Of a stretch of 64,000 nucleotides of DNA, positions 7,391 through 17,376 are shown piece after piece. The notes beneath the pieces are model-generated. The model made no database searches. It worked only from the letters and a program-made list of their open reading frames with translations, and was not told the DNA's origin. Where the stretch lies: positions 128,001 to 192,000 of the forward strand of contig CBDAOB010000003.1 in the NCBI GenBank assembly GCA_965197905.1. Direction: 5' to 3'. Position 1 is the stretch's first letter. Each line of letters begins with the position of its first letter. Position numbers and translations under genes: made by a program. The DNA comes from Candidatus Latescibacterota bacterium (lineage in GTDB: Bacteria > Latescibacterota > UBA2968 > UBA8231).

Positions 7391-10282
7391 CTAAATAGGT
7401 CGGCCAAATTCAGTAAAACCTACGAGCATTCTCACGAAGAAGGTGCGCGTGTAGACATCGCGGTTGTCAAGAAACGGCGAGTCGTACTCAATCTTTTCAG
7501 CGTTGAAACCCACGATCGTAACGAGGTCATAACCAAAGTATCGCGAGCTGTTGGTCAGTGAAGCGAATGCCGTGCGCTGTTCAAAGCTGTTGCGCTTTGA
7601 AGTATCGTCACGACGGCGATACGGCATGGGGCCCACTCCCTGGAATCCGAACCGCAGATTCGTCCGGGAGAGAAGCGGATATTCGATACGGAGAATGGGA
7701 ATCGATCGCAGCTCAGATTCCAGGCGTACATCGCGGTCCCTATCCACCAGACGCAGCAGCAACAGTTTGTACTGAGGGGTAATCATCAGTTCGCCCCAGC
7801 GCCACACATACTGGATACGACTGGCCGAGGTCCAGAAATCGATCCGGCGCTGGCGCTGAAAGAGGCTGCCGCGCAGCTCGCCGCCGTTTTGCCAATTGAA
7901 ACGCCCCCGCAGTTTCTGCACGAACTCGACGGACGACCAAGGAGTAAGGCGGCCTTCCAGGTAGGTATCGCTTACCATGCTGTCCCGGTAGAACAGTTGA
8001 TCGGGCAGGAAGTCAAGTGCCAGGTGCACCGGCGATCCCGTGTCATTATCGAACACCACGATCTCATCGGGGATGTCGTCCTGCACCCTGCGCACGCTAC
8101 TCTCGAAAAACAGGCTTCTGAGTCCTCCCTCTCCCTGCCGCCGGTAGCTAACTTGACCGTAAGTCGAGCGGTTGTGCCCGCTTCCTGCGATTTCATCTAT
8201 ATCGTAGCGGCCGGCCGCCGCGGACCAGTGTCGCGTCAGATTCATCTGGCCGAACAGGTGGTAACCGCGCTCGTCGTACTCATAGGGGTAGTCGACTTCC
8301 CCATCGTCCTCGCGGATGTCCGGCTCATCATTGTTGTTGTGGTCCAACCCATACACGTAGGTGTTGGGCTCCACATCGAACATCAGAAACGGCTCTTCGT
8401 AGTCCGGCAGCCGGTTGAGATTGCGATTGGTGTCAGGGGCGCCATCGTTGTCCGTGTCCTGATTCACCCAGACCCCGTCGACATCGGTGCCGACGCCGTC
8501 CCCGGGGATGCCCGGGGCGTTGCCGTATTTGATGTCCGGATAGCGATCACTATCCTCGTTGTCATCCACCAGCTGCCAGTACATGTAGTTGTTGAGTAAC
8601 CCGTCCAAATGGCCCTGTTCGTGGCTGATTTCGAGTGGCAGAAAAGAGCGCATCTCGGTCTGGTAATGTGGATTGATAGAAAATAGCTCGGCGCCAACCA
8701 GCCCGTGGCCAAAGCGTCGAACGGCGTTGAGGAAGTAGGCCACACCTCGATCGGTGAAACGCGGGGCGCGGTCGAAGGCTGCCTGTCCGTCGATGCGGGC
8801 TGGGTAGCGGGAATAAACGCTCGAGCGTGCGTATTCGGCCGAGATCTCGAGACCCGCAAGCGTGAGACTGGCATCGGCGCTGTAGACGAAGTGACCGGTG
8901 TTTTCCCCGACATTGAAACGTACCCGGCGCAGATTTGAGAGATCCTGAACATTGCCCTCGGAACGCCGCACGATCTGGTAGTAGGTGCCGGAGTAGCGGT
9001 CCGTGTAGTTGGTGGCCGATTGGGATTTGGTGTACAACATGGCCACGTCCACCAGGTAATCGTTCGCTAATAAAGCCTCCACGGCCACGGACTGGACATC
9101 AGGTTCCAGGGACATGTCGAACAGAAATACGACCTGTTTCTCGCCATCTGCTTGCAGCCTCCGCTGCGGTGATTCCACTGTGAAGAGGGACTCGAGACCC
9201 GAAATATTGGCCTGTCTACCGACATCGATGCCCGCCTCGTGAGCCAGGCGCGCGAGGTAATCCGCGAACAGCGGAAACTCGCGATTGCGGTAGTAAAAAT
9301 CGTTGAGGACGGGAGTCCCCCCGGCACCAGCGGTGAACCGGTTGTAGGGCAGGGGGGTGAAACGGCCGTCGATTGCCGAAACAAATCCCACCTGAATTGG
9401 GGGTTCGCCCACATGGCTGATCGCCTGGGGCACGAGATCGGGACGCACCTCACCATCGATCACCAGCTGAAGATCCTGCACCACCGCCCCACCGATGCCA
9501 TCGTCGGGCGAATCGTCTCTGAAACGCACCAGAATCCAATCCATCATCGGCTGGTCTGGCTTCAACCTGCCCTTGAGGCTATTTCCGGTGGTGCTGGTGC
9601 TCTGGTAGACGTGCTGATTCGCCCAATTTAGACCCAGCCGCAAGGCGCCAATATCCGCTTGCGCCCGACTACCCAGAAGCAAGGTGGAATCATCCGCATG
9701 GTGGATCGAGGGTTGAAACGTCTCGGTGAAGTAGGTGGCGTTCACTGAGTCCATCGGTCGTTCCACCCGCGAAGCGAGAGCAGTGAATTGCAGGTACGGG
9801 ATGACCAGATCGAAGCGCATGCCGTTGAAGTTTACCTTCGAGAGCGTCAGCGGCGTGAAGCGCGCGTGCAGTGCATCGCCGACGATGAGATGATAACCCC
9901 AGTCGCCATAACCATCGGAACTTGCTACCATGTGGTCGAACACACCGGCCCATTGACCTGGTTCCTTGAAAATTGAACTGCCGAACCTCAGCCCCTCACG
10001 GCGGATTTCGGTCCAGTCATAAAGATTGTAGCCGGTTGTGAGATGGTTACCGAGGGCGTCGAACCGAGCTTGGGGGGTGTCCCGGTAAGGGGTCGTGTGG
10101 TTGAGGTAATTCTCGTAGTAGGTTATCGCATAGTTGCTATAGCCTGGCCTTTGCCAACGCAGAAACGGCTGCGATTGACCCACCTCGTTGAGTGACGTAT
10201 CGCTGCTCTCCGCCTCGCTACCCCCCAGGGCCAGGGCGAGGAGCAAGCCGCAAAGTAGCCGCCACAGCTGTTCGGTCTTCAT
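7391..10282 (-). CDS. Large secreted/outer-membrane protein of unknown function (963 aa)
   Basis: Signal peptide, Asp-rich DxDxDG-like block and amphipathic beta-strand C-terminal region; paralog of 43387..46350. Confidence 0.8.
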   Translation of the reverse strand: MKTEQLWRLLCGLLLALALGGSEAESSDTSLNEVGQSQPFLRWQRPGYSNYAITYYENYLNHTTPYRDTPQARFDALGNHLTTGYNLYDWTEIRREGLRFGSSIFKEPGQWAGVFDHMVASSDGYGDWGYHLIVGDALHARFTPLTLSKVNFNGMRFDLVIPYLQFTALASRVERPMDSVNATYFTETFQPSIHHADDSTLLLGSRAQADIGALRLGLNWANQHVYQSTSTTGNSLKGRLKPDQPMMDWILVRFRDDSPDDGIGGAVVQDLQLVIDGEVRPDLVPQAISHVGEPPIQVGFVSAIDGRFTPLPYNRFTAGAGGTPVLNDFYYRNREFPLFADYLARLAHEAGIDVGRQANISGLESLFTVESPQRRLQADGEKQVVFLFDMSLEPDVQSVAVEALLANDYLVDVAMLYTKSQSATNYTDRYSGTYYQIVRRSEGNVQDLSNLRRVRFNVGENTGHFVYSADASLTLAGLEISAEYARSSVYSRYPARIDGQAAFDRAPRFTDRGVAYFLNAVRRFGHGLVGAELFSINPHYQTEMRSFLPLEISHEQGHLDGLLNNYMYWQLVDDNEDSDRYPDIKYGNAPGIPGDGVGTDVDGVWVNQDTDNDGAPDTNRNLNRLPDYEEPFLMFDVEPNTYVYGLDHNNNDEPDIREDDGEVDYPYEYDERGYHLFGQMNLTRHWSAAAGRYDIDEIAGSGHNRSTYGQVSYRRQGEGGLRSLFFESSVRRVQDDIPDEIVVFDNDTGSPVHLALDFLPDQLFYRDSMVSDTYLEGRLTPWSSVEFVQKLRGRFNWQNGGELRGSLFQRQRRIDFWTSASRIQYVWRWGELMITPQYKLLLLRLVDRDRDVRLESELRSIPILRIEYPLLSRTNLRFGFQGVGPMPYRRRDDTSKRNSFEQRTAFASLTNSSRYFGYDLVTIVGFNAEKIEYDSPFLDNRDVYTRTFFVRMLVGFTEFGRPI

Positions 10283-10595
10283 GGGTCCTCTTACGGTTTG
10301 TGCGGAGGTCCAGCCGGATATCAGACGCTCCAGCTACTTAGGAGGGGATGCGTCATGGCTCGCCTCTGCTGCATCGCGCTCTTACAGTTGGATGACGGCG
10401 AGGCAGAAGACCTTTCGTATGTGCCACGCGAGCATCCCCGACCTCAACACAATAAGGAAATTGATTGCTGGGAGACAAGATCTCGCCAAATAATGTCTGG
10501 TTTATCGCCACCTCGGCCATTCGCGTGAAGATGTTCCAGGCATAGCTGATCGCGCCGTACTGAGGGTCTGGACGTCTGCTGCGCGGAGGGTCAGC

Positions 10596-12092
10596 CTATG
10601 GTGTTTCTTCCAGGTAGGCGCCGTAGAAGAAAGCGTCGTCCCACCTGTCCCCTTCCCATGTCACCTTGAGACGAATGGGATCGTCGAGTCCGGAAAGCTG
10701 CTCCTGCTCCTTCCAGTGGACGGGCTGCCGCAGCCCCGACTCCGCCAACTCCAGACATGCGGCGCCGGAATATCCGGGCAGGGGCCCGAACTCGAGGTCT
10801 AGAACGTCCACCTTCAGGCGGGCATTGGGCGAGAGACCATCGGCGTTGAGAAAAACTCGCGCCTGAGCGCCCTGGAGGCGAATGGGACAGGTGACGAAGT
10901 GGGGGTTGGTTTTCTCGGGCACACGGTCGCCCACGTGCTCGCGCCAGAAGAGGGTGTGGGTATCTTCTGGCATCAGTTTTTTGGGTTTGGGATCCGGCAC
11001 CACCTCGAAATAACCGAGCCGGTCGCGCTCCCACCGGGCAACGCAAATGAACCCTCCCCGCCACGGGGAGTACCAGACCAGGGTTTCGTCGCCCATATTC
11101 TCGAATCCCTGACCCTGCTCCAGGCACGGCAGCGGCCTCACGACCCGGGGCTTATCTACTTCGTAGGCGGATATGATCTGGAAGTCGGGAATGGGCTCGA
11201 CGAACTGCAGACCGTCGTTGCTCACGGCCAGCCCCAGGTCCATCGAAACAAAAGCGCGGTCATTGCTCTCGCCGTGCCACTGGCCGTAGAAGCCGATTAT
11301 CACGTTGCCCCGATTCCACAGGCTGGCTCCAAGGTGAACCTGCTCACCCGCATGACAACCGGCAATCTGTTTGTACGGGGGCACGTCGCGCCTCAGACCG
11401 ACGGCCACGCCATCCGACCAGTGGTCGAAGTCGTAGGACATGTAGGTGACCAGAGCGCGCTTGGAGCCGACGTTGCCGCCCTGGCCGTTCAGGTAGTAGC
11501 AACCGTTGAACTTCATCAGGCCCCCGGGCTCGATGGCGTTGTGTTTGAGGATCGGATTGTCGGGCCCATCCTTCCAGCGTAACCCGTCGGGGCTGTAGGC
11601 AGCGATGTTGAAGAACGGATGGACTTCGTTGACCAGCTTGAAACGGCGCTCTGGATCCGGGTCTTCCTCATCGTAGAGTACCAGCAGCGCGGTGATCGAG
11701 TTCCGGTATTCGCTGTCGAACTGGACCAGGTTGTTCTTCTTGCTGCCCCTGAATTCCGCCAGACCCAGCTCCGGTTTCTCCCAGTTTATTCCATCCTGGC
11801 TCACGGCGTAGCAGATGCGTTTTCCCGTTTCGCCGCTGTCATCGCCGGCGCCGATGTACCACATGCGCAGCTCGTCTCCGATGCGAATCACCGTGCCGTA
11901 GAATTTTACATCGAGGTGGTCGGGCGCTTCGGGTCCGCCGCAATCCAGTACGTGGTTGTGGGGAGAGTACGGATTTGTCGCCGGGATCAGTCCCGGCTGC
12001 AACAGGTACCGCAGCTGAATGGAGCGAGCATCGAAGGGAAAGAGAACTGCTTCCTTCAGGTCTACTGATGGTCCGCCATTTTCTACTATCAT
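10596..12092 (-). CDS. GH32/GH43-like five-bladed beta-propeller hydrolase-like protein
   Basis: CYAVSQDGINWEKPELG, DPDPERRFK, YSPDGLRW, W.RDR.G and a C-terminal beta-sandwich; start ATG 12092 with AGGAG RBS. Confidence 0.7.
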   Translation of the reverse strand: MIVENGGPSVDLKEAVLFPFDARSIQLRYLLQPGLIPATNPYSPHNHVLDCGGPEAPDHLDVKFYGTVIRIGDELRMWYIGAGDDSGETGKRICYAVSQDGINWEKPELGLAEFRGSKKNNLVQFDSEYRNSITALLVLYDEEDPDPERRFKLVNEVHPFFNIAAYSPDGLRWKDGPDNPILKHNAIEPGGLMKFNGCYYLNGQGGNVGSKRALVTYMSYDFDHWSDGVAVGLRRDVPPYKQIAGCHAGEQVHLGASLWNRGNVIIGFYGQWHGESNDRAFVSMDLGLAVSNDGLQFVEPIPDFQIISAYEVDKPRVVRPLPCLEQGQGFENMGDETLVWYSPWRGGFICVARWERDRLGYFEVVPDPKPKKLMPEDTHTLFWREHVGDRVPEKTNPHFVTCPIRLQGAQARVFLNADGLSPNARLKVDVLDLEFGPLPGYSGAACLELAESGLRQPVHWKEQEQLSGLDDPIRLKVTWEGDRWDDAFFYGAYLEETP

Positions 12093-12434
12093 CGTCGACT
12101 CCTTCTGCAATGTCTCCTGGAGCGTCCCGGCACGGCGCTTTCCGCGCCAGGTCGTTCCCGTGCGTCTGCGCGAAGCCGCGGCGTTCCGACCCCTGGCAGT
12201 AGCGGGTATTCCCCCTACCAAAATCAGTTGGGGTTTAGATCGAACTCAATTCTGCTTGAGAATAAGGAATGGCCTTCCACGTTGCTCCACATACGGGACG
12301 GCGCGATGTGGCCAGCACCCCTTTTTTGCTGAAATAATGGTAGCAAGCCCTGACAGGCACTCAGCAGCCGGCTATAGCCGGAGCCTTCCACTGCTGAGTG
12401 GGGCGTTCGTTCATGGTTGCCTCCGCACGCAACG

Positions 12435-13796
12435 TTAGTACGGCGCCGGGCCGTCTCCGGACGGTATCATTGCCACGAAGTGGTCGCTGGTCTCTTTGCA
12501 CCATTCCCGAAGATAGGACCGCATACCCGCCAGCACTGGCGCGAAACGGGAGCTACCTGCAAGATTCACTATCTCCCCGGGGTCTGTCCTCAGGTCAAAC
12601 AGCTGCTCACGATACCGGCCCCAGTCATAGATGACATACTTGTACTGACCGTCGTACACCGCCCGGCCGATCAGATTCTTGCCGCCGTGCTTACCCATCT
12701 GCATGCCCGGAAGATGGCGAGGAGCCCGGTCAACCTCGATAACCAGGTGTTCACGCCACGAAGCGGGGACCATGGTGCTTGACGTTTCCTCTACTACCGG
12801 ACGCAGCGACCGCCCGCGCAGGCGGGCTGGCGGATCGATCGCCGCGTAGTCGCAGAATGACGGCAAAAGGTCGAGCCCGGTGTGGACCAGCGCCGGTGAA
12901 ACCTTGGAGACGAAGCCGCCAGCAGCCTTCGGGGGCTTGACAATCAGCGGCACGTTCGCGGCCTCTTCGTAGAGCACCAGCTTCTGCTTCAATCTGTGTG
13001 CACCCTGGCCGTCGCCGTGATCGCTGATGAAAACGACGAGCGTCTCGTCGTACAGCCCGCCATTGCGAAGCCCCTCGAGGACGATCCCTATGTGGCTGTC
13101 AACCAATTCGACAAGCCGGAAGTACGCACTACGGTATCGCCGCCACCAGTTGGGATCGTCGGTTTGGTGATCCGTAGAGAACGCGGATGGATGGGTCGCC
13201 GTAAACGATCGGATGGCCTGCGGTTCATATTCACTGATTTCGTGGTTGAGCGGCAGGATCGGGCAGTCAGGTATGTGGCGTTCTTCTATCGACCCGAGGT
13301 ACGTATCCTGCTCGCGTGCCCACTGGCATATGTTATGGGGATTGATGAACGAGGCGACGAGGAAGAATGGGTTGCTGCCGTCTCTTTGGCCGTGGTCCAG
13401 AAGGAACTCGCGGCAATGGGCGGCCATATCAGCGTCGTGGGATCGCGAAAGCGGTTCGAATCCGCATATCTCCGGTTTCTCATTTAGCGCCAAGGAGCGA
13501 TTGCCGGCGTAGTAGCAGTCGTAGCCGGACGCCGACAGGATTCGGCCAAGTGTTGCATCTGCATTCGAAATATCGCCCTCGGCAAACGATATCTCATGCG
13601 GCAGCGTGCCAGTAATGATGCTGTTGCGCGCCGGCGCGCACGATGGAGTGGCGCAGTACGCGCGCTCGAACCGCACGCCATCCGCGGCAAGGCTGTCGAT
13701 CATCGGTGTCGAAATCTCGGCATTTCCCGCGCAGCTCATGGCATTCGCTGACTGTTGGTCGGTGAAGATGAGCAAGATGTTCGGTCGTTCACTCAT
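12435..13796 (-). CDS. Cys-type sulfatase
   Basis: RPNILLIFTDQ, CAPAR formylglycine motif, SDHGD, LYEEAANVPLIV and QLFDLRTDPGE. Confidence 0.92.
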   Translation of the reverse strand: MSERPNILLIFTDQQSANAMSCAGNAEISTPMIDSLAADGVRFERAYCATPSCAPARNSIITGTLPHEISFAEGDISNADATLGRILSASGYDCYYAGNRSLALNEKPEICGFEPLSRSHDADMAAHCREFLLDHGQRDGSNPFFLVASFINPHNICQWAREQDTYLGSIEERHIPDCPILPLNHEISEYEPQAIRSFTATHPSAFSTDHQTDDPNWWRRYRSAYFRLVELVDSHIGIVLEGLRNGGLYDETLVVFISDHGDGQGAHRLKQKLVLYEEAANVPLIVKPPKAAGGFVSKVSPALVHTGLDLLPSFCDYAAIDPPARLRGRSLRPVVEETSSTMVPASWREHLVIEVDRAPRHLPGMQMGKHGGKNLIGRAVYDGQYKYVIYDWGRYREQLFDLRTDPGEIVNLAGSSRFAPVLAGMRSYLREWCKETSDHFVAMIPSGDGPAPY

Positions 13797-13886
13797 AGGA
13801 ACTTTCCTCTGGATTAGGTAGCATAAGGCATGTTATTCGCGCCAAGCTGAACTCAGAGTAACTAGCCGGTATAACTCCCTGTCCCC

Positions 13887-15371
13887 TCATTCGAACCAGT
13901 AGGAGTAGAGTTGCGCCTTGCGCATCCGGAAGCGGAGGCGAACCTCGCGACCCGCCATCGGTGACAGATCGGTTTTTCCGTCCCACCTCACGTCGGCGGC
14001 AACCTCGTCGCCACTTACCGGATCGCTCAAGCGCGGCAGCTGGTGCTCGCGAGTTCCTTTGCCGGGGCGCGGCACCACCTTGACGATGTTGAACGGCTCC
14101 GTCGGTTGCCCCGCTGGATCGAGGAAAGCCACGCGAAGCTCTCCGCCGGTCGCCGTCACATTGACGCGGAGTCTCGAGGTCCCCTGGGGCAGAGAAAGCG
14201 TTCGTGTAACGAGGCTTCCTTCCTCGTCATCCGCATCCAACGACAGAAAGCCATCCCGGCGCAAGACCGCCAGACAGACGGCGCCGCTGTCGGAATCCTG
14301 GAAGTCCGGTTTCGGCGACCAGCCGGAATATTTCAGGCCGTTGTAGTAGAACCACAACTCTTCATCCCGTACCACCGCGTTCGACGGCGGCTGACTCTTC
14401 GCTGTGTCGTAAGCGCCACCACCGACATACGAGGGACGCATAAAAGGTTGTCGCTCGGCAACGCGGGACCATCTGCGCAGGTCGCGGCTGCAAACCAGAG
14501 GAAAAGTCGTGAAGGCAAACTGCGGTCCCTCCCCTTCCTTGCCGGGGCCGAAGCGGTGGAAGAAGGCAGGGATACCGAGATAGATCGATTCGTAGCGAAA
14601 TACCCCCATGTTGTAGATGTCCACATTGTGCCAGTCCCAATGATCGGGGTAGTCCGATTGAGAATAGAGAGTGGGCGTGTTCATGTACCAATGGATCTGT
14701 TCCGGTGCCAACTCCTGATCGAGCTCGTCGGTTTGGAACATCAGCTCGCTCTGCGTCCAGTGGTCAAAGTCGGTGCTGGTGACGAGGCCAACCGAGCGCC
14801 CATACACGCCTCCAACCTTTGGAGTACCGATAAAGAGACCCGTTTTGGTGTCGTGGGAGAGGTTCCATTCGTCCGCCGAACGCATCGGCGTATCGTCGCA
14901 CTGCTCCCAGGTTTCGAGATCGGCGGAAGTGGCTGGAAGCAGATGACGACCTGTATGGCGCAGGGATTTGTAGCGCCGCGCCGAGTCCGGGTCATCCCCA
15001 TCCCGCAGCAGCACGTACGGCGAAAACGAGCCCCCGTCGGGCAGCCTGGTGGGAAAAAAGAAGCTGTCTCCATCCCCAATCCGCACGGGTGCCCAGTTGA
15101 GGCCGTCGCGGCTTTCCCACAGACAGCAGGAACTGGTTGGGGCGCCGGTCTCCACCACGATGTAGCGGTAGAGCTCCTTCTCCGGATCCCAAAACGGCAT
15201 GCTGCGGACCTGGTAGATGCCTCCGCCGTTTGAAATCACATCGGGGCGGATGACTGCCCCCCTTTTTTTCGGATGGTGCAAGGTCTGGCGCAGTCGACGG
15301 ATCTCGGCAATGTCGACATCGTCCAAAAAGAGTTGCCGTTCGCCCAGATCGATCTTCAGCGGCTGTTCCAC
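13887..15371 (-). CDS. GH32-like beta-propeller hydrolase-like protein
   Basis: ERQLFLDD, ESRDGLNW, STDFDHW, LRRDGFLSL and LRFRMRKAQLYSYWFE; same family as 10596 and 52033. Confidence 0.7.
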   Translation of the reverse strand: MEQPLKIDLGERQLFLDDVDIAEIRRLRQTLHHPKKRGAVIRPDVISNGGGIYQVRSMPFWDPEKELYRYIVVETGAPTSSCCLWESRDGLNWAPVRIGDGDSFFFPTRLPDGGSFSPYVLLRDGDDPDSARRYKSLRHTGRHLLPATSADLETWEQCDDTPMRSADEWNLSHDTKTGLFIGTPKVGGVYGRSVGLVTSTDFDHWTQSELMFQTDELDQELAPEQIHWYMNTPTLYSQSDYPDHWDWHNVDIYNMGVFRYESIYLGIPAFFHRFGPGKEGEGPQFAFTTFPLVCSRDLRRWSRVAERQPFMRPSYVGGGAYDTAKSQPPSNAVVRDEELWFYYNGLKYSGWSPKPDFQDSDSGAVCLAVLRRDGFLSLDADDEEGSLVTRTLSLPQGTSRLRVNVTATGGELRVAFLDPAGQPTEPFNIVKVVPRPGKGTREHQLPRLSDPVSGDEVAADVRWDGKTDLSPMAGREVRLRFRMRKAQLYSYWFE

Positions 15372-15443
15372 CGGATGTACCTTATGACGTCCCTCTTTCA
15401 GGTGTGTCTCGTTCCACGAGAGAGTGTCCCTTTCCGAGACCGG

Positions 15444-15660
15444 CTAATCCAGTCGGAGGAAGGTGCCGGCGATGTGGCGCACGATCTGGACCTCTTCGAT
15501 CGGTTCTTCGTTAGCGCAGAACCAGTAGGCGACGAAGATGCGACCGTCGCTGAGCTCGGTGAGCATCTGGTACCCCAGGTCATAGCTGTATCCATCTCCT
15601 CTTACCACGAACTCCTCGCTCCAAGTCTCACCCAGATCGTCGCTGACCACGCCCATGGCG
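15444..15660 (-). pseudogene. C-terminal fragment of a BNR/Asp-box sialidase-like gene
   Basis: SDDLGETW Asp-box and DLGY...ELSDGRIFVAYW; no homologous upstream frame. Confidence 0.65.
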
Positions 15661-15967
15661 ATGGTCCTGGAGCTCGACCCTGCGAACGCCGACTCTTCTC
15701 CGGGATGACGTCTGTTCGACCATGGGTGATCTCCTTGATTCGGCCGGCAGGGTGTTCACAAGCGATACAGATATACGCCGCTGGCCGGCTCACGTCCACG
15801 TTTATCCGGGCATGCGTGCTGTCTCAGCCTGCAAGCACTGAGCTCGATTTATACATTACATCTATAGTCGCACGGTGAGCTGAAGTGGACGCGCTCATCG
15901 ATCGTCGGCGGTTGGCTGTGTGCCCGACGATACAGCCTATTGGAAAACCAGAGATGGGAGCGACAAC

Positions 15968-17083
15968 ATGAGCAGTGTGAGGGTATTAGTGGGAACGCGG
16001 AAAGGCGCGTTTGTCCTGACGGCCGATGGGACGCGGAAGGACTGGGTTATCGACGGACCTCATTTCCCCGGATGGGAGATTTACCATCTTTCCAGCTCTC
16101 CCGCCGACCCCGAGCGCCTGTACGCCTCACAATGCAGCGATTGGTTCGGGCAGGTGATTCATCGCTCCAACGATGGCGGCAAGACCTGGGAGACGATGGG
16201 AAACGAGTTCGAATACCAAGGCGAAGCGGGCAATCACCAGTGGTATGACGGCACTCCCCATCCGTGGGAGTTCAAGCGCGTGTGGCACCTCGAACCATCG
16301 TTGGACGACCCGGACACCGTCTACGCGGGGGTCGAAGATGCGGCCCTCTTCCGATCGGTCGATGGTGCCAAAACCTGGCAGGAGCTTTCCGGATTGCGCG
16401 GTCATGGCACGGGTCCCCAATGGCAACCGGGCGCCGGGGGCATGTGTCTGCACACGATCCTGCTGGATGCCGCAAACGCCCAGCGGATCTACACCGCCGT
16501 TTCGGCTGCTGGAGCTTTCCGAACCGACGACGGCGGTGAAACATGGAAGCCGATAAATCAAGGACTGCGCTCCGATTACATTCCCGATCCAACGGCCGAG
16601 GTGGGCCATTGCGTCCACCGCCTCGCCATGCATTCGTCGCGCCCGCAGGTGTTGTTCATGCAGAAGCATTGGGATGTCATGCGCAGCGACAACGCCGGCG
16701 ATGAATGGAGCGAAGTAAGCGGCGATCTCCCGAGTGATTTCGGTTTCCCGATCGGGGTCCACGCGCACGAGCCAGAAACCATTTACGTGGTGCCGATCAA
16801 GAGCGACTCCGAACATTTCCCTCCGGACGGCAAGCTGCGCGTCTATCGAAGCCGGACCGGGGGCAACGAATGGGAAGCGCTCACCGATGGCTTGCCACAG
16901 AGTCACTGTTACGTGAACGTGTTGCGGGACGCGATGGCCATTGACTCCCTCGACACCTGTGGGGTGTATTTCGGCACCACCGGAGGGCAAGTCTATGCCT
17001 CCTCCGACAGCGGTGACCGCTGGAGCCCCATCGTGAGGGATTTTCCGGCCGTTCTATCCGTCGAGGTGCAGAACCTGCCGTGA
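15968..17083 (+). CDS. BNR/Asp-box repeat beta-propeller (exo-alpha-sialidase-like) protein
   Basis: VLVGTRKG start and repeated SxDGGxTW Asp-boxes. Confidence 0.88.
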   Translation: MSSVRVLVGTRKGAFVLTADGTRKDWVIDGPHFPGWEIYHLSSSPADPERLYASQCSDWFGQVIHRSNDGGKTWETMGNEFEYQGEAGNHQWYDGTPHPWEFKRVWHLEPSLDDPDTVYAGVEDAALFRSVDGAKTWQELSGLRGHGTGPQWQPGAGGMCLHTILLDAANAQRIYTAVSAAGAFRTDDGGETWKPINQGLRSDYIPDPTAEVGHCVHRLAMHSSRPQVLFMQKHWDVMRSDNAGDEWSEVSGDLPSDFGFPIGVHAHEPETIYVVPIKSDSEHFPPDGKLRVYRSRTGGNEWEALTDGLPQSHCYVNVLRDAMAIDSLDTCGVYFGTTGGQVYASSDSGDRWSPIVRDFPAVLSVEVQNLP

Positions 17084-17376
17084 TCCAGGTCGCCCTGCCC
17101 CAGCACCTGAGGACGCTGGCGAAGATCGACGGCGAGGTTCGAGTCGAGGTGGAGGGTTCCGTCACTCAGCGCTCCGTGCTCGACGCCCTCGAAACCGCTT
17201 ACCCGATGTTGCGCGGAACGATTCGTGACCAGCAGACGCAGATGCGGCGTCCTTTCCTCCGCTTCTTCGCTTGCGAAGAAGACATATCCCACGAAGGGGC
17301 GGACGCTCCATTGCCCGAAGCGGTCGCAGGCGGAGCAGAACCCCTCTTCATCATCGGGGCCATTGCCGGCGGGTAG
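17080..17376 (+). CDS. MoaD/ThiS-family ubiquitin-like protein
   Basis: 98 aa ending [12 protein letters not shown] overlap with the upstream gene. Confidence 0.88.
   Translation: MIQVALPQHLRTLAKIDGEVRVEVEGSVTQRSVLDALETAYPMLRGTIRDQQTQMRRPFLRFFACEEDISHEGADAPLPEAVAGGAEPLFIIGAIAGG

Noticed and set aside
10340..10445. Cobalamin riboswitch (CAACTGTAA-like segment on the minus strand)
   Set aside because: No convincing B12 box or GGGAA element.
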